Shown here piece after piece: positions 11,257 through 23,050 of a stretch of DNA of 64,000 nt. Numbering within the stretch: position 1 is the first letter of the stretch; each line of letters starts with the position of its first letter. Source of the DNA: Anthoceros angustus (lineage: Eukaryota > Plantae > Anthocerotophyta); the NCBI GenBank assembly GCA_010909165.1, contig VJWM01000011.1:372001-436000 (forward strand), written 5' to 3'. The translations under genes were made by a program, and so were the position numbers. The notes below the pieces were generated by a model, which ran no database searches, was not told the origin of the DNA, and was given only the letters and a program-made list of their open reading frames with translations.

Positions 11257-13572
11257 TCAAGGCAATACGCTTGTCAGGTAGTGAGGTAAACCCATCTCCT
11301 CCAGAGGAATTCCAAACTCTGCCAGCTTTGCCTCGAAGGCTTTGACCACATCATTGTGTGCCTGTTGGTGAGCATCAATGACGAGGATCAGTGAAAGAGC
11401 TGACGGGCGTGAGAAAGGTTCAGATGCATTCGGTTTTGGTATGTGCTTGCCTTGGTGACCTTGCCGATGTCATACAGGAGGGACCTGATTTGCGAGTTTT
11501 TGGCTTCCAGCACGTTCTCAATGTCATCAAGCATGCCAGGTTCAAGTTTTGCCTTCTTCAACGCTTCACCCAGTTGTAATTCCTGCTTGGAGTTATCAAC
11601 CCAGTAAGCCACATAAGAAGACTATTCCTGCTTGATTGTACCAAGCACGTGATGCGGTGTAGTTTTTACCTTCGACTCAAGCTTTTCTCCAAGCACCTGC
11701 ACTTTTCGTTGTAACAGCATACTCTTGAGTCCGCACTTCTGTTGCACTTCAAATATGCTGTTCTCGAATCGTGCATGAAGTTCATTCCGCTCTGCTGTTA
11801 CCTGATTCAGAGGACCAGGGATGTATGAGGCACTGATGTGTTCTGGGATGCGATGTGGGGGCCCTGTACTGCAGCCCCTCCTCTTACCTGATCGAACTTC
11901 TCTTGAAGAACAGCCATGTCCCATTCAAGGTTCTTAGCCTGCTTGATGGTGTCTAGTAGCTGCACCCTGGTCTGGTGCAGCTGCTTCTTATCCTGTCCAA
12001 AGCAGACTCATGAGCTAAATGCTCACCTGTTCGTTGTGAAACTGGCTCCCTTCACAAAGCTGTATTTACCTTCTCATGATCGACCAACTGTTTCCTGAGA
12101 GTCTCAACCTCTCTCAGAGCTTTAGCCAAAGGCTCCGTCAGCCTTTTGTTCTCTTGAGCAATTTCGTACATTAGCTTCTCGTTCGCTGCCTCCTTCTTCT
12201 TCATGTCAGTCACATCTTCCTGCTCACGTGTCAGACAGAAGGTCAGCTGTAAGGCCTCACTGAACCCACTTTTACAAGAAACAATCCTTAAAAGAGAAGA
12301 GCACCTTCAAAGTCTTGATAAGATCAAGATTATTATGGGTGATATCGTTGTAGTAGCATTTGATCTCTGTAAAAGCCTCTTCATGTTTCCTCATCAAGTC
12401 ATTGATATGGACGTTCTTCCTTTCCTCTATCTCGAGGATCTCATTCTTACGTCGTAGATCTGCTTCCTCCCTCAAGATCCTCATCTGCTTCGACACTGTG
12501 TACCTTTCTCAGACACCCTTTCAGATTACAACGAAGTACACAAGAAAGTCCAGCATTTTACCTGTTTGTCACACTTCTGCACCAGCTCCTTAGACGCCAC
12601 TTCAAACTCTTGTCTCATTTTAGTTATCTCTTTAGCGTTATCCTGTCAAATAACATCACCCTGCTGATGATCAAATGTCTGTAATCAACTCCAATCTGCA
12701 CCTACTTATAGTGCATTCGTTGCAAGATTTCGATACCAGCTTGAATTGCCTAATTGTTTCATCGTACGACACCTCCAACTCCTTGTTTTTTTCCTTCAAG
12801 GACCGTTTGTCTACCCTGCATTTTGTGCCCCAGAACTGCATCAGAGCAGTGAAAGCAGTTAGACCTCCTGTTCTCTGATGCCCATACATGAACTAAGACA
12901 AACTCTAGCTAGGAAATAGAGGATGCAACACCTGCAATAAATCACAACAAGAGCTGGACATGGGACATACAGGTGTTCTTGTTCACGCTTTGCAGCCAGT
13001 TCCCTTTGCACCTTCAGAGCCATTTCGTGCTCTGTTTTAAGTGCAGCTATTGTATGTTGTTGCTCGAATAAGAGATGCTTCATCTTCTGGTTGTAGACCT
13101 GCAAATGAATTCCAGAAAGCCTCATGCTCCCCGAATGTTTTTGTTGGGGGGCCACTCTTCTTCGAAAGGAAAATTTTCGTACCTTCAATTCAACCTGTTG
13201 CTGTTCCTCCATACGCTCCAGCTCACGCTCTCGATTTCTGATCTCTGCCTGTAAATTCTCATTTTCTTTCTTCGTGATCTCCCAAAAGGCCGCAATCTTA
13301 TCCTGAACAATCGCACAGATGCCACATCCATCACCTCCATGAAAGTGCGACCGCCGGAGCCTGTGAATTGACAAAAATTGAACAATTGCTCATTTCCTCA
13401 CCCTTTCAAGTTGCATGTAATTCCTGTCCTGTTCCTCTTTGGTCTTCTCAATTGTGAGATTCGCAATTTTCAGATTTAGCTCTTTAGGAGTCGGCCCTTT
13501 GGGACCATCATCCTTCTTCTTGCCCTTCCCTTTCTTCCCCTTCCCCTTCTTCCCGTCCTTTTTGGGCCCCAT
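11257..13572 (-). CDS. DRC4: Dynein regulatory complex subunit 4 / growth arrest-specific 8 (multi-exon)
   Basis: Exon translations [14 protein letters not shown]...[77 protein letters not shown] and [19 protein letters not shown] match the GAS8/DRC4 family. The stop position is approximate (11237-11257). Confidence 0.9.
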
Positions 13573-13787
13573 AGTTGCAAACGCCGCTCCTCGCGCACCG
13601 CAAGCGGATCAAGAAGAAAGAGTTGACGGGGATCACGAACAGACCGTATTTGCAGGCATCAATTCGTTGAAATCGCAATCTGAGGATGCAGATGCGGAAT
13701 GCAGCACAAGAGATACAAGGCAGGAAGACGCTGAAATTTCGCTTGCAACTGTCGGCAATCCTGAGACTCTGAAACGAATATTAAAAG

Positions 13788-16467
13788 TTAGGGTTCAAAG
13801 ACTTGCAATACTGTTGTGTAGTTAGTTGAGCGTTCAGCCGATCGCCGACACGACAGAAGGGAGAGGGCAGAAGCGACTGCGTGCATCGAGCCCGTTACGC
13901 AGATGATTCCCTGCCCTGCCGAAGCTTCACAAGCGGCTTGAATTGCAGTGGCAACAGAACCTGAAGAGCTTAGGACACTGAGAGAAACTCCCGCTCTTTC
14001 GGCCTCTCTCGTCCACAGTTGAGCCAGTAGGGAAGCAGATGCGGATCGTTTCTCACTCCCAGCTACAAGAGTCTGCGTGGTGATAACCAACCGAGGTTTC
14101 CTCCTCGAGCCTGCACCACAATCAGCTGTCAGCTACCGTTGCACTCCACACAGAGAGCTGTGATGTGTTATCCGAGAGCTGTACCGGAGAGAAACGCAGA
14201 TGCAAATCCCGCGTGATCCTTATCAGATGCCATTGCCACGACAAGTGCCAGGTGTTCCTCGGGGACAGCCTGCAAAGTATTTGCCAGAGCTGCTGCGGAT
14301 TCGGCAGTGTGAGCTGGGAGGATGTACAGCAACAAAGAAAATTTCAGCATGCAAGCTGTTAACAACCTTGCGCGTTCACACGTTGAGCGCAATCTGCATT
14401 CTTTGTGTGTGTGAGGAGTACCTCCATCCAGAACAATGGTGAAGCCAGCACAACCCAGTTGCTCCGCTTCCTTTCGAGTGAGGACTTGGAACCTTCCAGG
14501 CATGTGAGCAGTCTCTAGGCCAGCCTTTATGGAATGGTCCGTAATGTTCCAACCTGAACAGCAACCACTGACATAACCTGAATGTTTCCATCATGGAAAG
14601 AAAAATGGGTGAACACGAACCATGGCGATCCTATACCTTGACTACGAAGGACCAAGGCTGCACAAACAGAAGTGACGGCGTTATCAAGCTGTTGGACTCC
14701 AAGCAAGCGTAACCTCAGATCGGTTGAGCTGAAGTTCTGTTCATCCGAATCTTGTCAGAAATTTGGCGATGCAGCTAAGAGGTCCTGTGCTCACAGCGTG
14801 CTTACTTGATGTGCACCTAGATGCATGCAACCCGCTGAGGCATTCTTTACGCACCTTTCTTGTTGCTGACAAGCACTCACTCTTTCCCTCCAGGTTCACG
14901 GTCAGATCACATATCTGAAAAGTATCTTCATTCTCGAATACTACATCTTTGACAGAATGAGCAACATCCGGGCCAAAAGCCTTTATCACAGAGGACTGCT
15001 TGCGAGCTGCTACGCTGTATATTGTCTCCTCGGCCACTCTATGTGGTTGGTGTCCCACTATGACCTGCAAGACCTTATGTATCACATTTACTGGTCCCGA
15101 AGCACTGGTTGCCCATTTCATACTCCCAAGATATGGACGATGGAAAGACCACATACCGGACGACCCTCTTTGATGATGCCGGCCTTAGCAAGTGCAATGT
15201 TTTCTAAGCAGCCACCCAAAGCTGCCATATGCTCTTCACCGATGCTCACAATGACAGACGCTGCTAGTCCAGCAGGTGGCACCACATTGGTTGCATCCCG
15301 CGCACCACCTAACCCAACCTGCTATCATTTGAGTCAGTGGCTCTTCATGGAGGCAGGAAAAGACGGCACAAACACTGAATTCGCCATACCTCAATCACTG
15401 CCACATCAACTTTCTCCCTGGCAAAGTGCGTAAAAGCCAATGCTGTCAACACCTGCAAGCAACTTCATCTGAAAAGGATAAGCTGCTAGCTCTCCACCAC
15501 GGCAGATATGGATGGCATAACTCCCAGACTCAGTATCCACAAGACAACTGGTTTGGCACCTGGTAGGACCTCAAAATGCGTCAGAGCCCCCGACTCAAAA
15601 GCCACTGCCTCATGGAGAGCGCATCTCGTGTCGTCAAACAGCTTCCCTAAAGAGGCCTCAGATATGGGCTCTGCCGTTCTTCCTGATACTATTCTTTCAC
15701 GAATGGAGAGGAGATGTGGACTGCCGAGCCAGCAACGCCAGAATTCTCAGAACTGAAAGAAAGCAGTGCTCCCAACATACCTAAATGATTGGTCCGAGCA
15801 ACAGCGTACCTGGTGTAAGTCCCTACAGAAAATCCGGCTGCCCGTAGGATGCTGCTGATGAAGGTAACGGTGGAGCCCTTGCCCTTGGTGCCAGCGACAT
15901 GCACAATCTGCCACAAGGGTAAGTCAGCTTTCTGGGCAGATGTCGTGTCCAGCAGGCCAGGGCAAGCTGGAGACGTGAATTTAGATTTGCACATACTGGG
16001 TACTGGAGATGAGGATCATTCAGGCGTGCCAGTAACCGCCTCATTGGATCAAGGTCAAAGCCATGTTTAGACTCTGTGCCTGCTCCCTCTGGCACCCCCT
16101 GTTTCTCGAAATTCTTCAGGGAGTCCAGGAATTGAATCAGCGGCTTGGAGAGTTCATGGTCATGGCAGTCTGTGCCTCGTTGCACCGCAGGGTCCTTCTT
16201 GTCCAGGAAGCCGGTCATCCTCTCCACAGGGACATGAGATCCCCCGCTAAAAGCTGAACACAGGAAGCTTCTTCCCACCTCCAACCTCAGGGACCCCAGA
16301 GAAGACCGGTCTTTCGACGTGAATTTGCTCCGCACAGGGACAGCAGCAGAGCGGGCGACCTGTGTGGACGAAAGCCAGCTCAAAATCTCGTGCCCAATTC
16401 TGGGCCAGCCCCGGTACCGCATGGATACCGCAGGTCTTCGCCACAGGGAGAGAAAAAGGAAGAGCAA
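13788..16467 (-). CDS. DHFS: Dihydrofolate synthetase / folylpolyglutamate synthase family (multi-exon)
   Basis: [67 protein letters not shown]; resembles Arabidopsis DHFS/GLA1. Start codon uncertain. Confidence 0.85.
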
Positions 16468-16660
16468 TTGAAGGGCCGGATAGCGCCTAATAGCAGCCCA
16501 ACCGGATGTTTCCTTTTGTTTGCTCAGAGGAGCTCTATTGCTGGAACAGTCCAGCTACAAGGCGAAGGTGGTCCTCCCTGACCAATGTGGCAGAAGGCAG
16601 CAAAATTAGCCTAACAATTCAGGAAGTCTAACAATACTAGATTTATGTAACAGGACTTGA

Positions 16661-18064
16661 TCAACCCAGAGTCTGGATGGCTCGATCAAACGCTGACTCC
16701 GCATGTGAAGCACGCTGGACAAGGACGTGATCTGGGTGGGATGCCTTCAATTGACTGCAACAAAAAAGGGTAGCACACATGAGAAATTCATATACAGAAA
16801 CCTTGGGGCCCCTGGCATTCAACCGGCATGTGTTCTGGTGTTGTTGGAACAAACCTGAGATATCGGCTTGTAGGCTTTCCCAAATGAAGACCACATACGA
16901 TCAGATTTGCAAGGGTGTCTGGATTTTTGGAATCCTGCATACAACAGAACAGCTGCCACCCGTTCAATTTACTGGGGTTTGGGGAAGGAAGGCAGGTGAA
17001 GTGCTACTGAAGCGAGAGCCTTGCCTTGTTCAGAGCATCCAGAAGCGTCTGCTCAGCCTCCTCGAAGTGGCCCATATGCATGTTGCAGACAGCACTGCCG
17101 TTCATGATGGGAACGGTGAGGGCATACTTCTCGCACAGCTCCTGAAAAATGTAGAACGCTTCCTGTATCTTGGACCCGCCCTACATGTTCCATAAGCAGT
17201 GCGCAAGTCAGGTGAAACCCGAGCACCTTGCTTCCAAACTGACGCCAGCCAGGGGTGAAAACCCACCACCGCCAGATTGAGCCAGGCATTTGCTAACTGC
17301 GTCAAGGTATGGTCTTCATCAATCTGCTGCATAATCTTGAGCTGCTTTTCAGCAAAATCCGTCCGGTACAGCTTGAGATACAGCTGCAGGTTGAGAGCAT
17401 TTCTGCACAAACAAGGCCAGGCCTCCCTCCAATCAGATCAGATCACCACAAGCCAACAAGACTCTCCAAGGTCAGCCCACTCACAGTTCCAGCGTTCCTC
17501 CGCCATGCGTCAGCTTCAGAGCAGCGTTGTAGTCTTGCTCGCCGGCATAGATAGTCCCAGCAATCAGCAGAAGCGTGGGGTTCGTGGCAATTGCAGCATC
17601 CGCTAGCCACTCTCGCAGGCTCTCCAGCGCCTTGGCCTGCACGTACAAACCAAAAACCCTAAAACTGGCCATCCCTCCTTTCCGCATCCAATCACACCCA
17701 TTCGACCCCAGGAGCCAGACACCATACCCTCTTGTCTCCCCCCAACAGATACTGCGCTAGGAGCTTCACCGCTTGCAGCGCGGTGGGAGCTGAGATGCTG
17801 ATCTCATCGATGACTAGCTGCAAACACAGCGCAAGCGTCAGAATCCATCATCCCACCATGTGACCCAACCCGGAAGCCCATCTGGTGTACCTGGTAGCTC
17901 CCGAGGGCCACATAGGAGCGATAGACGAACACATCCCTCTCCACGCTCTCCGCCTCCGTCAAGCCACCACCATGGGACTCGTTGATGGCTGCCTGGTACG
18001 CCCCCAGGTAGAAGTAGTTGCGCAGCGAGAAGAGCGCATCCGGCCCAGCCCCGGCCCCGCTCAT
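16661..18064 (-). CDS. COPE: Coatomer subunit epsilon (multi-exon)
   Basis: [29 protein letters not shown]...[17 protein letters not shown]; [18 protein letters not shown]; C-terminal [31 protein letters not shown]. Confidence 0.93.
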
Positions 18065-18219
18065 CCTCGCTCCCTGCAATCTGCAACCTGCAAGATCCCT
18101 TCCTTGCAAATGCAGATGCAAATGCAAATGCACTCCCGTCGCCCGCAACAGACTCCGATCTCTCACAGCTCGCCCCTTGCTATGGTCTTCTCCGGCTATC
18201 GTGTTGTCAATTCGACGTT

Positions 18220-18263
18220 GTCTAACTAATTTGACGCCGTCTAATTAGACGGCCGTCTAATTA
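18220..18263. promoter_or_regulatory. Overlapping perfect palindromes in the COPE/BUD13 divergent intergenic region
   Basis: ccgtctaattagacgg (18237-18252) and taattagacggccgtctaatta (18242-18263) are self-complementary. Regulatory function is inferred only from position. Confidence 0.4.
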
Positions 18264-18366
18264 CACTGCTCTGGACAGCACCATTTTGCGTTGTTCTAGG
18301 GTCTACCTATGTAGCGAAGTGCAGCTGGAAGGGAGGGGCCGGGGCGCGGATCAGCAGCCCGTAGGG

Positions 18367-20532
18367 ATGAAGCGCATCAGTAGCGCGGCAGCCCAGGCGC
18401 TAACGTTCGGGCCCGGCTTTGATGACGGCGATGAGGAGCCATCGGAATTCGGCCTGTCCGGGGAGCTCTCACCGCAGCGGAAGAGGAAGGTGTTTTCGGA
18501 CTACGCGTCTCCTCCGCGACGGAAGAAGAAGAAGGTGAAGGCTGTCGAGGGCCAGGGCCAGGGCCTTTCCCCTCCTCGGAAGAAGAGCAGTGGTTCCTCT
18601 CCCTCGGGGCACAGGAATGGCGTCGGTGCGAGGGAAGGTCGGGGCGATGGCGGACATGTGGAGCGCTCGGAGCGGAGTAAGGACGGGGATGCGGGGAGGA
18701 GAAGGAGGAGTCGAGAAGGGAGTCCTGATGAGCGTGATTTGTCCCCTGCAAGGAGAAGGAAGAACGACGGCGACCGGGAGCGTTTGTCGCCGCCGAGGAA
18801 GAGGCAGAATGGCTTGGAGGACTTGTCACCGCCTCGGCGAGGGAAGCGGAGCGGTGTGGAAGATTTGTCGCCTCCACGGAGAGGGAGGGAGTCTGGTGGA
18901 GTCCAAGATCTGTCGCCTCCGCGGAGAGGGAGGGAGTCTGGCGGAGTCCAAGATCTGTCGCCTCCGCGAAGGAGGAGGGACGGTGTTGCTGTGGAGGATT
19001 TGTCACTTCCGCGGAGGAGGAAGGGCGTGTCGCCTCACCAAAGAATGAGGGAGAGTGTTCGTGTGGAGGATTTCTCATCGCCGCGGAGGAGGAAGCCGTC
19101 ACCTCCTGAGCGAAGGAGGGACAGTGTTCGTGTGGAGGATGTATCACCTACGCGGAGGAGGAAGGAGAGTGGGCGTGCACAGGATCTGTCACCTCCGCAG
19201 AGGAGGAGGGATGCGGGTGGCCTCGAAGATCTGTCACCTCCGCGAGGGAGGAAAGAAAGTGGAGGTGCACAGGATCTGTCGCCTCCGCGGAGGACGAAGG
19301 AGGCTGGTGGAGTCGAAGATCTGTCACCTCCGCGAGGGAGGAAGGCGAGCGGACGAGCACAGGAGCTGTCTCCTCCGCAGAGGAGGAAGGATGCCGGGGG
19401 ACTCGAAGATCTGTCACCTCCGCGAGGGAGCAAGGAGAGTGGACGTGCGCAAGACCTGTGGCCTCCGCGGAGGGCGAAGGATGCCGGCGGACTTGAAGAT
19501 CTGTCACCTCCGCGAGAGAGGAAGGAGAGTGGACAATCACAGGATCTGTCGCCTCCACGTAGGAGGAAGGAGGCCGGCGGGCTCGAAGATCTATCACCTC
19601 CGCGAGGGAGGAAGGAGAGTGGACGCGCACAGGATTTGTCACTTCCACGGAGGAGGAAGGATGCGGGCGGACTCGAAGATCTGTCACCTCCGCGAGGGAG
19701 AAAGGAGAGCGGACGTGCACTGGATCTATCACCTCCGCGGAGGGGGAAGGAGAGCGGCGGAGTTGGAGATCCGGTGGATCGTTTTCCTTCGAGGCGGGGT
19801 GATAGACAGGATCAGGAGACTGTTGTGAGGAAGGACGACAGAAATGAGCGTGGTGGCGGCGAGAAGCGGGGAAAGAACATGATGGATGGGGCTGCCGCCG
19901 GACTCAGGGTAGATCAGGACATCAAAGCGGATATAGAGCGGAAGAGACTGGCGGACATGAAAGAGCTAGCGTCGATGGATGCATCTCAAAGTGGACGTGG
20001 TGCGCAAACTGTGTATCGAGATAAGCGGGGAAGGAGGCTGGAGGGCCTGGAGGAGTTGCTACGGCAGCAGGAGGGCACGAAGAAGCCTGAATCGAAGCCC
20101 TTGGAGTGGGGCAAAGGCTTGGCTCAGAAGAGGGACGCTGAGATTAAGCAACAGGAGCTGGAAGCGGAAGCAAGTAAGCCCTTTGCGCGGTCCAGGGACG
20201 ATCCTGAGCTGGAAAAAACACTCCGGGAGAGGGTCAGATGGGGCGATCCCATGGCACACCTTGTCAAGGGCGGGGCGGAGCCTGAACTTGAGGACTTCGG
20301 GGCACGGGAGGACTTGAAAGAGTCGGGATTCAATATTCCTCAAGACATACCCCCGCATAGTTGGATCAAGAGGAAGATTGCGCCACCTGCTAATCGCTAT
20401 GGGATCAAACCGGGCAGGCACTGGGACGGAGTGGACCGTAGCTCTGGGTATGAGAAAGAGTTGGTCAAGCAGCAGAACGAGAGACGGGCCAACGAGAAGG
20501 AAGCTTATCGTTGGTCTGTAGCCGATATGTGA
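18367..20532 (+). CDS. BUD13: BUD13/CWC26 RES-complex splicing factor, intronless
   Basis: DLSPPR repeat tract, then the C-terminal Bud13 domain: SGRGAQTVYRDKRG, WGKGLAQ, RWGDPMAHL, PPANRYGIKPGRHWDGVDRSSGYEK, YRWSVADM. ATG at 18367 within ORF 18286-20532. Confidence 0.95.
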   Translation: MKRISSAAAQALTFGPGFDDGDEEPSEFGLSGELSPQRKRKVFSDYASPPRRKKKKVKAVEGQGQGLSPPRKKSSGSSPSGHRNGVGAREGRGDGGHVERSERSKDGDAGRRRRSREGSPDERDLSPARRRKNDGDRERLSPPRKRQNGLEDLSPPRRGKRSGVEDLSPPRRGRESGGVQDLSPPRRGRESGGVQDLSPPRRRRDGVAVEDLSLPRRRKGVSPHQRMRESVRVEDFSSPRRRKPSPPERRRDSVRVEDVSPTRRRKESGRAQDLSPPQRRRDAGGLEDLSPPRGRKESGGAQDLSPPRRTKEAGGVEDLSPPRGRKASGRAQELSPPQRRKDAGGLEDLSPPRGSKESGRAQDLWPPRRAKDAGGLEDLSPPRERKESGQSQDLSPPRRRKEAGGLEDLSPPRGRKESGRAQDLSLPRRRKDAGGLEDLSPPRGRKESGRALDLSPPRRGKESGGVGDPVDRFPSRRGDRQDQETVVRKDDRNERGGGEKRGKNMMDGAAAGLRVDQDIKADIERKRLADMKELASMDASQSGRGAQTVYRDKRGRRLEGLEELLRQQEGTKKPESKPLEWGKGLAQKRDAEIKQQELEAEASKPFARSRDDPELEKTLRERVRWGDPMAHLVKGGAEPELEDFGAREDLKESGFNIPQDIPPHSWIKRKIAPPANRYGIKPGRHWDGVDRSSGYEKELVKQQNERRANEKEAYRWSVADM
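18740..19745 (+). repeat. Coding minisatellite, ~45 bp unit (DLSPPRxxxxxxxxx)
   Basis: gatctgtcacctccgcgagggaggaaggagagt-type units repeated about 20 times. Confidence 0.9.
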
Positions 20533-21350
20533 AAGCAATCCCCTTGGTGTGGAGCTGCTTGGATTTTTTTTTGTGTCTGGTGACGGCACAAGGTATGTCA
20601 CTGATCACCTACCTGAGAAATCCAGGCAGACGAGTGTGCTGGTTGTCGACTTCTCTTGTGCTCCGGTGAGAGAGTCCTCACTTGCCTCAGCTGTATGAGG
20701 CGCCGCTGTGCGTTTGGCCAGCAGCTTTACAGAAGACAGCCACGGATGGGTAGCAGCAGATGGAGTTGTGGCAGGCAACTGTGGGTTTTTTGTTCTCCTT
20801 GGCACGACAGGACTCCTGCTTTGAGAGATTCAGAGGATGGACATTTTGATCGGGAGTCGTTTTCACATTGTTGTCTTCGACGATGCTTGAGCCTGTTGGT
20901 GTAAGGCATGGCGAACTGCTGTGTAACATCAGAATTGTTAATGGAGTTCTGCAGGACGGGGGAGCGACTGAGGATCCACGCGTTTGACTGACGAAGATGT
21001 AGTACGATGCATCCAAGAGGAAGCTTCCTAACGTTGTTCCTTTTCCCGCCTTATTCAAATGAGCACAGCCAGCTCCCTCTTCAAGTTCTGTCAAGCTGGT
21101 GGAACAAAGCACCTCTGTAACCTTGGGAAAAACCGTTCTGTAGCCGGGTGGGTTCTTGTTGTTGTACCATAATAGAGCTACTTCCTTACTTCGGAAAAGG
21201 TTCGTACTTTCAGATAGTGTAAGTAATGAGAATGTACTATAAGATCCTAAATTTACATAAACTGCTCGTAATTTCATTATTCATTTCACAAGATGTGGTC
21301 TCAGGCACACAATCCCCCGGCGGAGTCAAGCGTAGGTACCCTCAGTACTC

Positions 21351-21482
21351 AGGGATGACACCAGTTTTAGGGGTGACACTAGTTTTAGGCCGGTACCCTA
21401 TACCATGCCTTCCTTTAGGGATGACACCAGTTTTAGGGGTGACACTAGTTTTAGGCCGGTACCCTATACCATGCCTTCCTTT
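21351..21482. repeat. Perfect tandem duplication, 66 bp x2
   Basis: agggatgacaccagttttaggggtgacactagttttaggccggtaccctataccatgccttccttt at 21351 and 21417. Confidence 0.9.
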
Positions 21483-21599
21483 AGGTTTTACACTCGGCTG
21501 GGAATTTAGACCTTAGCTGCATAGAAGGTAGATTGCAATGGGGTTGTTCACTTGGTTGCAGTAAGAGCACCCTGTCGGTTGTTATCCCCACTCAAGAGT

Positions 21600-23050
21600 T
21601 TGGTGGCTTTGACAAAGAACTTACCGAGTTGCAGTGGCGGCACATTCAATATGGCCCTGACAAATTAGCATCAAATGCTAGGCAGCACAGGAGGAAATGT
21701 GCTTCATCATCCACTGGCCCAGTTGTGCACTGTTGGCAGATGCGCACTTCCCTGGACAAGAGTTATAGATCAAGGACCACCCTCAGTTAATGTGCCCTGG
21801 TGTAGAATCGAGCAATTAGCCTGGTGAGATGGAATTGGAGGGGCCATTGGAGATATTGTTGGATTTGGTAGGTGGTGCTTCGGTGGACATGTTGCAAGTA
21901 GTGCAGCTTATGTGTCCCTGGCGTGCTTGTAGGCCATACCTTTCTAAGAAAAGCATTCTCAATATTGGTATTGGTTCTGTTGGCAAATGTCAAGATACCT
22001 TGATGGCATCTAAGTACTCATGAAGTCGATCTAAAGCTTGTTTATTTGCTCCTAGTGTCCTTTACAGCATTTCGGGCCCCAGATCTCGACTCCATGGAGT
22101 GCTATGCTTGCAATTGAAGCTGTAAAGACTGCCGATTGCAGCCAGGATAACATGCAACATTTTCAGCTATCATCATGTTGTGTAGAGTGAATAGCCTAGA
22201 CTAAGTGGCCTAGAGCAGTAGTTCTCTATTTATTAGGATTGGCTTGTTGTTGAAGATAAAAAAGTCTAGATACCTGTATGGCGATGTGGCCTCAATTTCT
22301 TGCCTATCATACATGGAGTTCTTCCATTAAGCTTTTAAAATACCTATATGAGAGTGACTTGGTTTTGCCAAAGTTGACAGTCGAGTGGCGCTCCCTGTAG
22401 AAGAATTCAAGTGCCTTGAGTAGTTTTTGCATGCCCCATTTCCTGGTAGACAATAGCACCAAGTCATAGGCAAGGAGAAGGTAGCACAATCTGTTGGCGA
22501 GGTAGTCGACGATCCAATTCCCCGGATTCCATTCTGCCTTGCATTGCTTGGATGTAAATACAAAACAGGAAGGGGCTCATAGGGCAGCCTTGTTTGACAC
22601 CAGCATGGCTAAACAAAGCCCTTGTTCTATCGTTTGTTAGGCGCTTGATAGATAGCTCGTTATACTAGTATGCGACCTACATGGCTCTAACCAGATGGGC
22701 TGGGACACCTTCCTCTTTAAGAACTTGCCAGAGCATGGGTGTGGGCACCTTATGAAAAGCTTCTGGAAGTCGATGAAACAGTAGTGCAAGGTACGTTTGG
22801 TGGCCTTGGCATGGTCAATAACTGTTGTTGTGAGCGTGAGGACGTGGTCCATGTATCCCATACCCTTATGGAAGCCAGCTTAGCTTATATTCCCTTGTTG
22901 GATACTGAGCTCCCGCAGCCTGGTATCATAACACTTACTGAAGACCTTAAGAAGAAGGTGGTTGATATGTATCAATCAGCTTGTAATTGTTGACCAACTC
23001 CTTGGAGTCACCTTTATGAAAAGGTTGGGCATGTGAATGGTCCCACTGGG
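21600..23050 (-). mobile_element. Degenerate non-LTR retrotransposon (LINE) reverse transcriptase
   Basis: DHVLTLTTTVIDHAKATKRTLHYCFIDFQK (RT domain 2-3 like) and CYLLLAYDLVLLS...STVNFGKTK (YADD-region remnant); many stops and frameshifts. Boundaries approximate. Confidence 0.75.

Noticed and set aside
18377-19828. Long overlapping ORFs in other frames and strands over BUD13
   Set aside because: Shadow frames of the 45-bp coding minisatellite.
20687-21277. 196-aa minus-strand ORF after BUD13
   Set aside because: No recognisable motif and a doubtful start; could be a TE remnant but unsupported.
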